Positions 1-9,172 of a stretch of 64,000 nucleotides of DNA are shown here, piece after piece. Both the position numbers and the translations under genes were made by a program. Source of the stretch: Candidatus Latescibacterota bacterium (GTDB taxonomy: Bacteria > Latescibacterota > UBA2968 > GCA-2709665); contig OZ241917.1 of assembly GCA_965203805.1 (NCBI GenBank), positions 1,248,001 through 1,312,000 of the forward strand. Direction: 5' to 3'. Within the stretch, counting starts at the first letter, position 1. The number at the start of each line of letters is the position of its first letter. The notes under the pieces were generated by a model. The model did not search any database. It was not told the origin of the DNA and worked only from the letters and a program-made list of their open reading frames with translations.

Positions 1-187
1 CGTCGAAGGCGTGCAGCCGTTCGACAAACGGCACTTTCCAATGCAGACCGGGGCTCTGGATGGTACGCCTGGGTTCCCCCAGCCGGGTCACCACCACCTG
101 TTCGCGCTCGTCAACGGTGAACAGGACGGACTCGATCAGCAAACCCGCCAACACGACCGCCACGATGGCCTTGATTATCGATTTCAT
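1..187 (-). CDS. hflC: HflC protease modulator, N-terminal part (runs off window)
   Basis: Manual translation MKSIIKAIVAVVLAGLLIESVLFTVDEREQVVVTRLGEPRRTIQSPGLHWKVPF: TM segment plus SPFH start, directly downstream of hflK. Confidence 0.85.
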   Translation of the reverse strand, partial: MKSIIKAIVAVVLAGLLIESVLFTVDEREQVVVTRLGEPRRTIQSPGLHWKVPFVERLHAFD

Positions 188-189
188 CG

Positions 190-1191
190 TCAGTTCCCCC
201 CTGCTGTCGCCGGCTGAGCGGATTTCGCTGCCCTGGGTTGCAACTGAAGCATGTTCAGGAAACCGCTTCCCTTGCCGTCGGACTCCACCACGTATTTCTG
301 AATGCCCGGCAGGATCTTCTCCATGGTTTCCAGATAGAGCCTGACCTCGGTCACGTCTTTCGCCTTGCGGTACTCCTTCAGGACCTCCAGGAAGCGCTCC
401 GCGTCGCCCTGGGACCGTTTGACCCGCTCCACCGTATACGCCTCCGCCTCGCGGATCATCTGCTCGGCTTCGCCCCGTGCCTTGGGGATCACTTCGTTCC
501 GATAGGCTTCGGCCTCGTTGCGCAACCGTTCTCGATCCTCGCGGGCGCTGGCGACGTCCTTGAACGCGTGATCCACCTCGCGCGGGACCGACACTGTCTG
601 CAACTTTACATTCTCCACGTGCACACCGATGTCGTAGAGATCGAACACCTCTTTGACCTGTTCCTCAATCTCGGTCTGGATCTTGAATTTGCCCTCGGTG
701 AGCGCTTCGTCGATCGCCGATCGGCCAACCACCTGTCGCAGCGCCGCTTCCACCACGCTCCGGACGGCGTGCACCTGGTCGGCGGCGTTGAACAGATAAT
801 CTTCGATGTCGCTGATCCGATACTGGACGATCAGTTCCACGTTCACGATATTTTCGTCGCCGGTGAGCATGGACGCCTCGCGGCTCACGTTCTGATACCG
901 GGGCACCGGCTCCACGGCGATGGTCCGAAACCCGATCTCAACCCGCTTCACCTCGCTGACCCGCTCGATTTCCACCGACTCGACGGGCCACGGAAGATGG
1001 TAGTGTATGCCGGGCTCCTCCACGCCCATGGATTTGCCGAACCGCAGTACCACCGCCTGTTCGGCCGGCTGCACGATGTAAATCCCGCTGAGCAGCCACA
1101 GCAGGACGAGGACGCCCAGCCCGTAATAGACCAGCCGGGGGCTGAGGGACAGGTCGAAACTCGGCCGACCCGGAAAATCGTATTGTTGCAT
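190..1191 (-). CDS. hflK: FtsH protease modulator HflK (SPFH domain)
   Basis: N-terminal TM, PGIHYHLPWPVE, MLTGDENIV, PKARGEA and RLYLETME motifs. Confidence 0.92.
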   Translation of the reverse strand: MQQYDFPGRPSFDLSLSPRLVYYGLGVLVLLWLLSGIYIVQPAEQAVVLRFGKSMGVEEPGIHYHLPWPVESVEIERVSEVKRVEIGFRTIAVEPVPRYQNVSREASMLTGDENIVNVELIVQYRISDIEDYLFNAADQVHAVRSVVEAALRQVVGRSAIDEALTEGKFKIQTEIEEQVKEVFDLYDIGVHVENVKLQTVSVPREVDHAFKDVASAREDRERLRNEAEAYRNEVIPKARGEAEQMIREAEAYTVERVKRSQGDAERFLEVLKEYRKAKDVTEVRLYLETMEKILPGIQKYVVESDGKGSGFLNMLQLQPRAAKSAQPATAGGN

Positions 1192-1266
1192 AGGGCAAAC
1201 CCCTTGATGAAATGGCCTGCATCGGAATGCCGCCGGAACGTGAGGATGCGGCGGGCGAACCTTCCG

Positions 1267-2190
1267 TTAATTCAGATAATCGCCAATCCGGGCCATCTGC
1301 TCGATGCCACGGAGGCAGCATGTAACGCCCGCGACGCGATTGGCGGTCCGAACGGCCGAGGGAACGCTGCCGGTCTTGAGAAACGACCACGTGAAGCCCA
1401 TCAGGAACGCGTCGCCGCATCCGGTCTCGTCAACCGGAACGGCGGCGGCCTGCGCCGGATAGTGTCGGACTTCAACGAAGCCCCGCGGATTTCTGGCGAC
1501 CGAATCGGCCCCATCTTCGCCGCGGGTAATCAACAGCGCCCTTGGCCCCAGGGACAGAACCCGCTCGCCGAATTTCCGGGCGGCCTCTTCGCTGTCCAGG
1601 GACCCGCCGGCCAGGAGTTCACCCTCGCGCTCGTTCAGCTGGACGACATCCGCACAGCCCAGCCACGCCTCCCACCGGGGGGGCACGCGGAAAAACCTGC
1701 GGCAATTGTTGTCGATTCCCAGCGTGAGGCTGTGAACGTCCATCAGCACGAGACCGCTGGAGGCGCGCCGGAAGGCCTGCAGCGCCTGTAGCTCAAGTTC
1801 CATGCCGGTGATGAAATTGACGCAGACCGCATCGCAGCCGTTAAACGGCAGAAGCCGCTCGACGGTCAGCACGGGTACGCCGCCCAGAAGTGTTTCCTGC
1901 TTCCGATTCCTGGAATCGTACGTCAGGAAACAATGGGGGTTCGGTTCCGGCACGAACCGTACGCCGTCCATCCGCACGGACGCCATCGAGCCCAGCAGAC
2001 GCCGAACCGCGTCTTCGACGTCCTTACCCACGTTGCACACCGGAAATATCGTGGCGGAACCCACCTCGGCCAGCGCCGCGATACTGTAAAGGATGCCGCC
2101 GTAACTATTGGTTCGGGTCCCGTCTGGCGTCAAGATCGTATCCCGGTTGATTGAACCGACCACCGCGATACGACGCGCGTTTCCGGACAT
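1267..2190 (-). CDS. PfkB/ribokinase-family carbohydrate kinase
   Basis: VVGSINRD start, QLNERE, ITRGEDG, DETGCGDAF PfkB signature; start could be 2202. Confidence 0.85.
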   Translation of the reverse strand: MSGNARRIAVVGSINRDTILTPDGTRTNSYGGILYSIAALAEVGSATIFPVCNVGKDVEDAVRRLLGSMASVRMDGVRFVPEPNPHCFLTYDSRNRKQETLLGGVPVLTVERLLPFNGCDAVCVNFITGMELELQALQAFRRASSGLVLMDVHSLTLGIDNNCRRFFRVPPRWEAWLGCADVVQLNEREGELLAGGSLDSEEAARKFGERVLSLGPRALLITRGEDGADSVARNPRGFVEVRHYPAQAAAVPVDETGCGDAFLMGFTWSFLKTGSVPSAVRTANRVAGVTCCLRGIEQMARIGDYLN

Positions 2191-2300
2191 CGCCCACCTC
2201 ACCGGAGACAGTTTTTGAATCTACCACAAATCCCGGTACGTGTCAACCCCAATCCCCCCTGTCTGAACCGCCCGTTACCGCCGTCCCGGCGCCGCCGGCG

Positions 2301-4382
2301 TCACCCCGCATGCCCCGTCCGACTCTCCAGGTCTACGGATTCGGCGCGCCTTCGCAACGCCTCGTGGCGTTCCAGGTCCGGGTCCCGATCCAGGAGCCGG
2401 ACCGCTTCCTCACGAGCCGACCGGACCAGGTCCACGTCCCGCGACAGGTCGGCAAATCGAAACTCCGGATACCCCGCCTGCCGGGTGCCGAAGATCTGTC
2501 CCGGTCCGCGGATCTTCAAGTCCATCTCCGCGATTTCGAACCCGTCGCCGGTGGCGGCCATCGCGTCCAGCCTGGCGCGCGCGTCCGGGGTGAGGTCACC
2601 TTCCGGGTCGGCGATCAGGATACAGTACGAATCCGCGGCGCCCCGGCCCACGCGGCCTCTGAGCTGGTGGAGTTGCGCCAGGCCGAACCGTTCCGCGTGT
2701 TCCACCATCATCACCGTCGCGCCGGGAACGTCCACCCCGACCTCGATCACCGTCGTGGAGACCAGGACGTCCAGCGCGCCCTTCCGGAACGCGGCCATCA
2801 CCCCCTCTTTCTCCGCGGGAGGAAGGCGTCCGTGCAGCAGCCCGAGTCTCAACCCCGACAGGACGCCGTCCCGCAATTCCCCGAACGCCGAGGACGCGGC
2901 CCTGATGTCCCCCGCTCCGGACGCTTCGATCAGAGGAAAGACGATGTAAGCCTGCCCGCCTTCCAACACCCGTTCGCGCAGGAAGCGATAGGCTCTTTCC
3001 CTGTCCGCCGGGGTCCGCCAGCCGGTCTTCACCGGCTGCCGTCCGGGGGGCAGTTCGTCAAGCACCGTCACTTCCAGGTCCCCGTACAGCGTGAGCGCAA
3101 GCGAGCGGGGTATGGGCGTGGCGGTCATCACCAGCAGGTGGGCGCGGGCCTCCATTTCCAGCAGCGCGGCGCGCTGCAGCACGCCGAACCGATGCTGCTC
3201 GTCCACGACCGCAAGACCCAGCCCGGCGAAAACGACGTCCTCCTGCAACAGCGCGTGGGTGCCCGTCACCAGATGAACGCGGCCCGAGGCGAGACCTGAG
3301 AGGATTTCGCGACGCCGTGCCCGGGTCTGCCGCCCGGTGAGGCACGCCACCGAGAGCCCCAGCGGGGCCGTTAGCGTCTGGATGGTCTCGGCGTGCTGCT
3401 CGGCCAGAATCTCGGTAGGGGCCATCAGCGCCGCCTGAGCGCCGCCGTCCACCGCCGACAGCATGGCCGCCGTGGCCACCAGGGTCTTGCCCGAACCGAC
3501 GTCGCCCTGCAGCAGCCGGCGCATGGGCCTGCCCCGCGCGAGGTCCCCGCCGATCTCGTCCATCGCCCGTTGCTGGGCGCCGGTGGGTTCGAAGGGCAAT
3601 GTCGCCATCAATCGCGCGGTCAGGACGCCACTCTCGGTAGCCACGGGGCCCGGCCGTCCGCTCCTGGCCGGCTGCAACCCCCTCAGGCGCAGTTGGAGAT
3701 AGAGCAACTCATCGAACGCGAGCCTGCGCCGGGCCGCCTCCACATCCTGTCTCGCGTCCGGAAAATGAAGCATTGTCACGGCTTCACGGAGCGGGGGCGA
3801 CCCGAAACGGGCCCGCAGCGCGTCCGGCAAGGGGTCTTCCAAATCCACGTCCTGCAGCGCGTGGTAGATGACGCGGCGCAACCCGCGACTGGTGAGTCGC
3901 TCGGCCTTCATCCGCGCCGTTGTCGAATAGACGGGTATCACGCGTCCCGTATGGACCCGCGTCCCCTCGTCGCGCTCGGAAATCACCTCGACGTCGGGGT
4001 GGACCATCTGCCGCTTGCGGCCGAATCTGGTCACTTTGCCACCAACAGCCAGGAGGTCGCCGGGCGCAAACGCCTGCCGCAGGTATCGGTGCCCCGCAAA
4101 CCAGACGCATTCCAGGGCGCCCGATTCGTCTTCCAGCACGAGTACGAACCGGGGCCGCCTGCCCGGAACCACGTTCACGTCGCGAACCGTGGCGACGGCC
4201 GTGACCTCTCCGCCTGCACCCAGATCCGCGATGCGCGACTGCCGCGACCGGTCCAGGTACCGGTACGGCAGGTAGAGGAGGAGATCCGCAAGGGTGACGA
4301 TCCCCACCTCCCGCAGCAGATCCTCCCGTTTCGCGCCGACGCCGCGGGCCGTACTGACTGGAAGGTCCAGTTCGGGAAACAT
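2301..4382 (-). CDS. recG: ATP-dependent DNA helicase RecG
   Basis: LLQGDVGSGKT, DEQHRFG, MTATPIPRSL, QLHQLRGRVGRG, DLKIRGPG; start taken at ATG 4382. Confidence 0.95.
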   Translation of the reverse strand: MFPELDLPVSTARGVGAKREDLLREVGIVTLADLLLYLPYRYLDRSRQSRIADLGAGGEVTAVATVRDVNVVPGRRPRFVLVLEDESGALECVWFAGHRYLRQAFAPGDLLAVGGKVTRFGRKRQMVHPDVEVISERDEGTRVHTGRVIPVYSTTARMKAERLTSRGLRRVIYHALQDVDLEDPLPDALRARFGSPPLREAVTMLHFPDARQDVEAARRRLAFDELLYLQLRLRGLQPARSGRPGPVATESGVLTARLMATLPFEPTGAQQRAMDEIGGDLARGRPMRRLLQGDVGSGKTLVATAAMLSAVDGGAQAALMAPTEILAEQHAETIQTLTAPLGLSVACLTGRQTRARRREILSGLASGRVHLVTGTHALLQEDVVFAGLGLAVVDEQHRFGVLQRAALLEMEARAHLLVMTATPIPRSLALTLYGDLEVTVLDELPPGRQPVKTGWRTPADRERAYRFLRERVLEGGQAYIVFPLIEASGAGDIRAASSAFGELRDGVLSGLRLGLLHGRLPPAEKEGVMAAFRKGALDVLVSTTVIEVGVDVPGATVMMVEHAERFGLAQLHQLRGRVGRGAADSYCILIADPEGDLTPDARARLDAMAATGDGFEIAEMDLKIRGPGQIFGTRQAGYPEFRFADLSRDVDLVRSAREEAVRLLDRDPDLERHEALRRRAESVDLESRTGHAG

Positions 4383-4698
4383 CGAATTACCTCTCGCGGC
4401 TTCGCGGGGTAGCCCGGCGACGGCGCCCGCCACGGCTGCAGACAAGGTGGACCCGCGCCGGCGCGAAGGGGCACGGCGCGTGATGCGCGGGACCGTGCGA
4501 ATATAGATCATCCGAAAAACCCCGTCAAGACCCCGCCCGTTTTCCCTCGCCCCGACAACGGGCAAGCGCAATTTCCTTGATCACGCACGGACCGCGCGTT
4601 ATCATGCCTGTGCGTCTGCATCTGTGTCGAGTTTTCACGCCACCTTGAGACGTGCGGTTTCACCCGCGAATCAATAGGCCCCCGCGCCAGGAAGAGCA

Positions 4699-5385
4699 AT
4701 GGATTCCGGTTCCATCCACGACGCCGCCGGCAGCGGCGACCTCGACACATTGAAGAAAATCGTCGAGGAACACCCCGAGGCGATCGACCAGGACGATCAG
4801 CACGGGTGGCGCCCCATATTCCACGCCGGTCTGCGCCGCCGCCTCAATATTGTCCGATATCTGATCGACAACGGCGCCGACCTTGCGGCTCACGACGGGT
4901 ACGTGATGCACTATGCTGCCGAAGTGCCCGACAATAGAGACGTTGTGTCGTTGCTGGTCGCGTACGGCGGAGTGGACGCCCACACGAAACCGGCGAGCGA
5001 AGTTGCGCGCCAGTTCATCTATTCGGTCTTTCTGGCAAACGCGCCGCGTGTCGATGCCATGCTCCACGCGAATGGGTGGCTCACGCATGAACGGTACGCG
5101 CGCGGTGATACGGCCCTGCACCACGCCTGCCGGAATGGCGACCTGGACGTCGTCATCCACCTCGTCGCTCACGGCGCAGACGTCAATGCCAGGTCGGACA
5201 ACGGTCACTTTCCGCTGTACTGCGCCGCGGGACACGGACACGCGGAAACAACGCGGTACGTCCTCGAGCGCGGCGCGGACCCGGACGAGAGCATGCCGGA
5301 TGGCAAAACGGTTGCCGTCTGGTTGCGACAATACGCCCACCATGACTGCCGGATGAAGGCTTGTCTGGAGATACTCGACATGTGA
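4699..5385 (+). CDS. Ankyrin repeat protein
   Basis: GDTALHHACRNG, GHFPLYCAAGHG and GADVNA ankyrin motifs. Confidence 0.88.
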   Translation: MDSGSIHDAAGSGDLDTLKKIVEEHPEAIDQDDQHGWRPIFHAGLRRRLNIVRYLIDNGADLAAHDGYVMHYAAEVPDNRDVVSLLVAYGGVDAHTKPASEVARQFIYSVFLANAPRVDAMLHANGWLTHERYARGDTALHHACRNGDLDVVIHLVAHGADVNARSDNGHFPLYCAAGHGHAETTRYVLERGADPDESMPDGKTVAVWLRQYAHHDCRMKACLEILDM

Positions 5386-6012
5386 TCGATCGATATTGCG
5401 GGCCGGCAGCCGCCCGGTACCCGCCGGTGGCGACCTCACCGTCGCCCGGCGGCGCGGGGCGAAACGACGGCCGGAGTGTCTCCGGATTCTGTTCGACGAG
5501 ACAGACGTCAAGGGTGGTCGATAAATTCACTTGACAAGGATTGCGCCATTCCTTTTATTAGGGAAACGTGGAAATATATTTGTACTGCGTATCAAGGCTA
5601 TTTCCCCGGTATGACCGTAATAAACGCCATCCAGAGACGCTATCTGCTGTAGCACGACGGCCTGTGTTTCGGTAAAATTCGCATGAGGCGCGCCAACCTG
5701 CCGATCGCCAGGCCATTCCACGCGTGAGGGTCGAATGTAACAGGTCCACACCCAAATCCCGCAGCCCGCAAGTCGGGTCGTCCATTCAATAACAATCGCA
5801 ACGCGGTTTGCAACTCATCTTACGGAAGCACCCCCAAACTGATCGGAGTGACCGATTCACGACAGTCGAAACGATGAAGTCTGAAGGTGGTTTTTTGTAG
5901 GATGTTCGTGACGGGGAGGCATACCCTGACGCCCACGCCGCCCCGTCGGCAACCGTTGCGGCCATCATCTTCCACGGGCCGCGGCAAGTAACTTATTTTT
6001 AGGGAGGTAGAC

Positions 6013-6342
6013 ATGGCAGGTAGAGTTATCGTAGGTCTCATCGCCCTCGGCGCGATTATTGGGGGCCTGGCTGGCGACGGGTTCCTGGGAGAGGGAATCC
6101 TCGCGCTCGTGCTGGTCATCCTGGGTCTCGCCTATGCGGGCGTTGCGATCGACGCTGAGGACGCAACGGCCTACCTCGTGCTCGCACTTGCCGTCGGCGG
6201 CGCAGGGATGGCGAACGTGCTGGGTAACATCCCGGGAATCGGCGAGAAGCTGGACGCAATCGTCGATCTGTCCAGCGTTTCCCTGTATGCCGGTGTGGTT
6301 ACCGTGCTTGTGCAGCGGACTCTGAATCGGCTAAAAGGTTAG
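6013..6342 (+). CDS. Small multi-TM membrane protein, unknown function
   Basis: Strong RBS GGAGG before ATG; about 4 hydrophobic Gly/Ala/Leu-rich segments. Confidence 0.75.
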   Translation: MAGRVIVGLIALGAIIGGLAGDGFLGEGILALVLVILGLAYAGVAIDAEDATAYLVLALAVGGAGMANVLGNIPGIGEKLDAIVDLSSVSLYAGVVTVLVQRTLNRLKG

Positions 6343-6618
6343 TAATTCTGGCGGAATAAGTACGCAGCAAATGCAGGCAAGACTCTTGAGGTAAAAAACA
6401 GGGCGACCGCATTCGCCGGTGTCAATGAGCCGATTTGTCCTTGTCTCGCATTTCGAACTCCCCCATCGAAATGCGGATAAGGCGACGTCAGCGTGAGAAT
6501 GGCCGCCTTTCGAACAAGAGAGATCGAAGCACTCCTGTCTGCATGGCACGGTACCAAAAGAGTTTCTGGACAGGTCGCCGGATTTTCTGACCCGATTTCC
6601 GGCGATCTGTTTTTGTGT

Positions 6619-6651
6619 ACAAGACCCCCGGGGGTACCGCGGGGGTCTTGT
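6619..6651. repeat. Intergenic hairpin with 12-bp perfect arms (ACAAGACCCCCG / CGGGGGTCTTGT)
   Basis: Inverted repeat seen directly; function (terminator or operator) unknown. Confidence 0.6.
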
Positions 6652-6840
6652 CGTATCCCACAGATCCGGTCGCAGACTGTATCCGGCGCACCAATATACA
6701 TTCACCTGTTTATGTCCATCCAGTCTCGCAATCCAAAAAAAAGCCGCTGGTCCCGTGCCGGCACAGGCCCCTTGGTTTCAACGTCTGGAGGGAGCCCTCA
6801 CGATCGAGCGGAGACACGTAAGATGTCGCCCCGTCGCGCG

Positions 6841-8988
6841 ATGCGAGCCTCCATACTTCTGCTGGCCCTGGTCGTCGTCGGATGCCAGCCGGACGAAACG
6901 GTAACCGTCTCCGGCGCGGTGTCGAAACCGGGGAATTACCGATTCGCGCCGGGCAGGCCGGCCGCTGAATATGTGGAGGATGCGGGCGGCGCAACGGAAG
7001 AGGCGCTGACGGTTGAGGCCTACGTCTTGCGTTCGTGGACGGACACGTCCGCTGCGGCGGAAGGCGGAAACGCGACGATTCCGCTCTCGGATAATCCGGA
7101 GCTGTCGCCCGGGGATGAGATACGGATTCCCGCGCGGGTCTATGACGTGCGGCTGGACACCGTTCGGCGTGTGAGCGACGTCCGGCTGGCCTACCGGGAT
7201 CGAATCTATCGGATTCCCTCGGGCGCTCTGGTGACCGGGCGAACTGAACGCGGCGTCCAGGTGGCGGTGATGCTGGGGCGCGGAGAGGCAATTGAGCCCC
7301 CCGATACCGCCAAGGCCGTTTCCGCCTTTCACTATCTGTACATCCATCTGCATCCCGGCGAATACCCGCGCCTGGCGCGATTCGCCGGCGAAGTTCTGGA
7401 CAGCATGGACGTGCTCGATGACGCCCGCGTCATCCACACGCGCGTCGTAAGCTCCCTGGAACACCGGCGTGCCGGAGGTCTGCAGCTTGCCCCCGACGGG
7501 TATTGGCGCGTGATCGAAGGCTTTTTCCTGGCCCCGAGGAAGACATCGCGCCCCGCAAGAGGCATGCGCAGGCGGCGGTTTGAGGACGGACGGGTGTTGA
7601 CGACCTTTCCGAACGGACGGGAACGATGGCAGCACCCCGACGGGCGGGTCAGGATAACGTCTCCAGGCGGCGCCACCGAAGACCGGCTACCCGACAGACG
7701 GATCGTGTTCACCGACCGGTGGAAGAACGTGCGTACCACATATCCCGACGGACGGATCAACGTGACGTTTTCAAGCGGCGCCACCGAAGACCGGTTTCCC
7801 GACGGAAGAATTGTATTCACCGACCGGCGGAAGAACGTTCGCACCATGTATCCCGACGGACGCCAGGAATTGCGAATGGCAACGGGCGGGCGGGTGATGC
7901 TCGGGGCCGACGGTACCGTGCTTCATTCCGGTTCCGCGGACAGCGCGGCCGCGGGACCTGATTCACGACAGGCGGCGACCGCCCGGATGGAGGAACATCC
8001 CCGGGACACGATCCGCGAACCCGTTGCGGCGACCCGGACCGGCGGCGACCGCCCGCCACCGCGCGGCGAGGGAAGCCTGCGTATCATCCCGTCCAATGAA
8101 TATGGGAAAATAAACGTTCTGGACGGTACGACCCGTGAGACGTTTCCAGACGGGCGACGGGTAGAGACCGATCACCTCGGTCAGAGAATCACCATCTGGC
8201 CCGACGGGAAAAAGGAACTCCGGATGCCTGCCGCCTACGGGTATCCGGGTGAGCTGAAGACGGAGCTTGCAACGGTCGACCGGCTTCCTGAAGCGGTCGA
8301 CGTGGGCGAGGAACTGACGGTGACGGGACAGATCCACGCCGAAGTGGAAGGAATCAACGTCATGGCGTTCCTCGTGCCCGATGGAGATGCGATCGAAGGC
8401 GACGTGCGCCGGGCGGAACGGCGGTTTCACGCGCGGTTCCGGTTCGGCGAGGCAGGGCATTGCCGCGTTCAGGTGCAGGTTGTATTGCCCAAGGCGCGCA
8501 CGTATACGGTTTCACACCAGTCTGTCATTGTCGGCAACCCCGATGGGCTGGAGGACGAAGTCCTTGAAATCCTTCCCTATCCTGGGGACGAGGCCGCGCA
8601 GTTGTTTCTGATCGATCGAATCAACGCTTCCCGGAAGCGGATTCGACGCCGTCCGGTCTCTCCGCATCCCGAACTGATGCACGTGGCCCGCATCCGGCTT
8701 GAAGAGATGCTTGCACAGGGTATCCTGTCCCATTATTCCATGGCGGGACTGGACGTGGGTTGGCATACGACCTACCGGCGGTTGCCCTTCCACCGCGTGA
8801 GTGAAAATGTGGCGAGAACCCGTTTTGTCGAGACGATGCACGCCGGCTGGATGCTGAGCGCGGGGCACCGTGCGAATATCCTGGCGAAGCACTGGACGCA
8901 CGTTGGGGTGGCGGTTGCGGAGGCGGAGGAATCGGTCTGGGGTGTTCAGGTGTTCGGACAGCGTTTCAACCGGAACCCTTTGCGGTAA
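6841..8988 (+). CDS. Predicted lipoprotein: SLBB-like domain, PDG beta-hairpin repeats (TCP10/CENP-J-like) and C-terminal CAP (SCP) domain
   Basis: Lipobox-like LVVVGC; VTVSGAVSKPGNY...AGG...LSPGDEIRIP (SLBB); repeated xxPDGR; SENVA...WMLSAGHRANIL...HVGVAV (CAP); start may be 6823. Confidence 0.75.
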   Translation: MRASILLLALVVVGCQPDETVTVSGAVSKPGNYRFAPGRPAAEYVEDAGGATEEALTVEAYVLRSWTDTSAAAEGGNATIPLSDNPELSPGDEIRIPARVYDVRLDTVRRVSDVRLAYRDRIYRIPSGALVTGRTERGVQVAVMLGRGEAIEPPDTAKAVSAFHYLYIHLHPGEYPRLARFAGEVLDSMDVLDDARVIHTRVVSSLEHRRAGGLQLAPDGYWRVIEGFFLAPRKTSRPARGMRRRRFEDGRVLTTFPNGRERWQHPDGRVRITSPGGATEDRLPDRRIVFTDRWKNVRTTYPDGRINVTFSSGATEDRFPDGRIVFTDRRKNVRTMYPDGRQELRMATGGRVMLGADGTVLHSGSADSAAAGPDSRQAATARMEEHPRDTIREPVAATRTGGDRPPPRGEGSLRIIPSNEYGKINVLDGTTRETFPDGRRVETDHLGQRITIWPDGKKELRMPAAYGYPGELKTELATVDRLPEAVDVGEELTVTGQIHAEVEGINVMAFLVPDGDAIEGDVRRAERRFHARFRFGEAGHCRVQVQVVLPKARTYTVSHQSVIVGNPDGLEDEVLEILPYPGDEAAQLFLIDRINASRKRIRRRPVSPHPELMHVARIRLEEMLAQGILSHYSMAGLDVGWHTTYRRLPFHRVSENVARTRFVETMHAGWMLSAGHRANILAKHWTHVGVAVAEAEESVWGVQVFGQRFNRNPLR
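7669..7860 (+). repeat. Intragenic 108-bp (36 aa) tandem repeat
   Basis: GATEDRLPDRRIVFTDRWKNVRTTYPDG at 7669 recurs as GATEDRFPDGRIVFTDRRKNVRTMYPDG at 7777. Confidence 0.85.
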
Positions 8989-8991
8989 ACG

Positions 8992-9130
8992 CCGCTGCAG
9001 GCGCGCCTGGCCCATCTGGCGCGCGCCCACGAAACCGCCCTGCTCTGCCTGACCTCAAAAGCCAGGGAGACGCCAAGGGCTGCGGCAATCTCTGCCGCCT
9101 GCTGACCGACGGGCATCTGCGTTCCTCCAA
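8992..9130 (+). repeat. Chimeric copy of internal imuA and dnaE2 fragments
   Basis: 8992-9074 is identical to 11662-11744 (83 bp); 9075-9130 matches 13642-13697 (53/56). Confidence 0.92.
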
Positions 9131-9172
9131 CGTAAACAGGGATAGGAGCCGGCCTTTATTGTCACGGACCCG

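Noticed and set aside
238-1791. 517-aa plus-strand ORF, and similar long ORFs at 2151-3299 and 3393-4412
   Set aside because: Antisense shadows of hflK, the PfkB kinase and recG; expected in high-GC DNA; no motifs.
5390-6010. Long intergenic region with TTGACA at 5531 and several short ORFs; possible ncRNA
   Set aside because: No convincing -10 box, RNA motif or protein similarity recognisable by eye.
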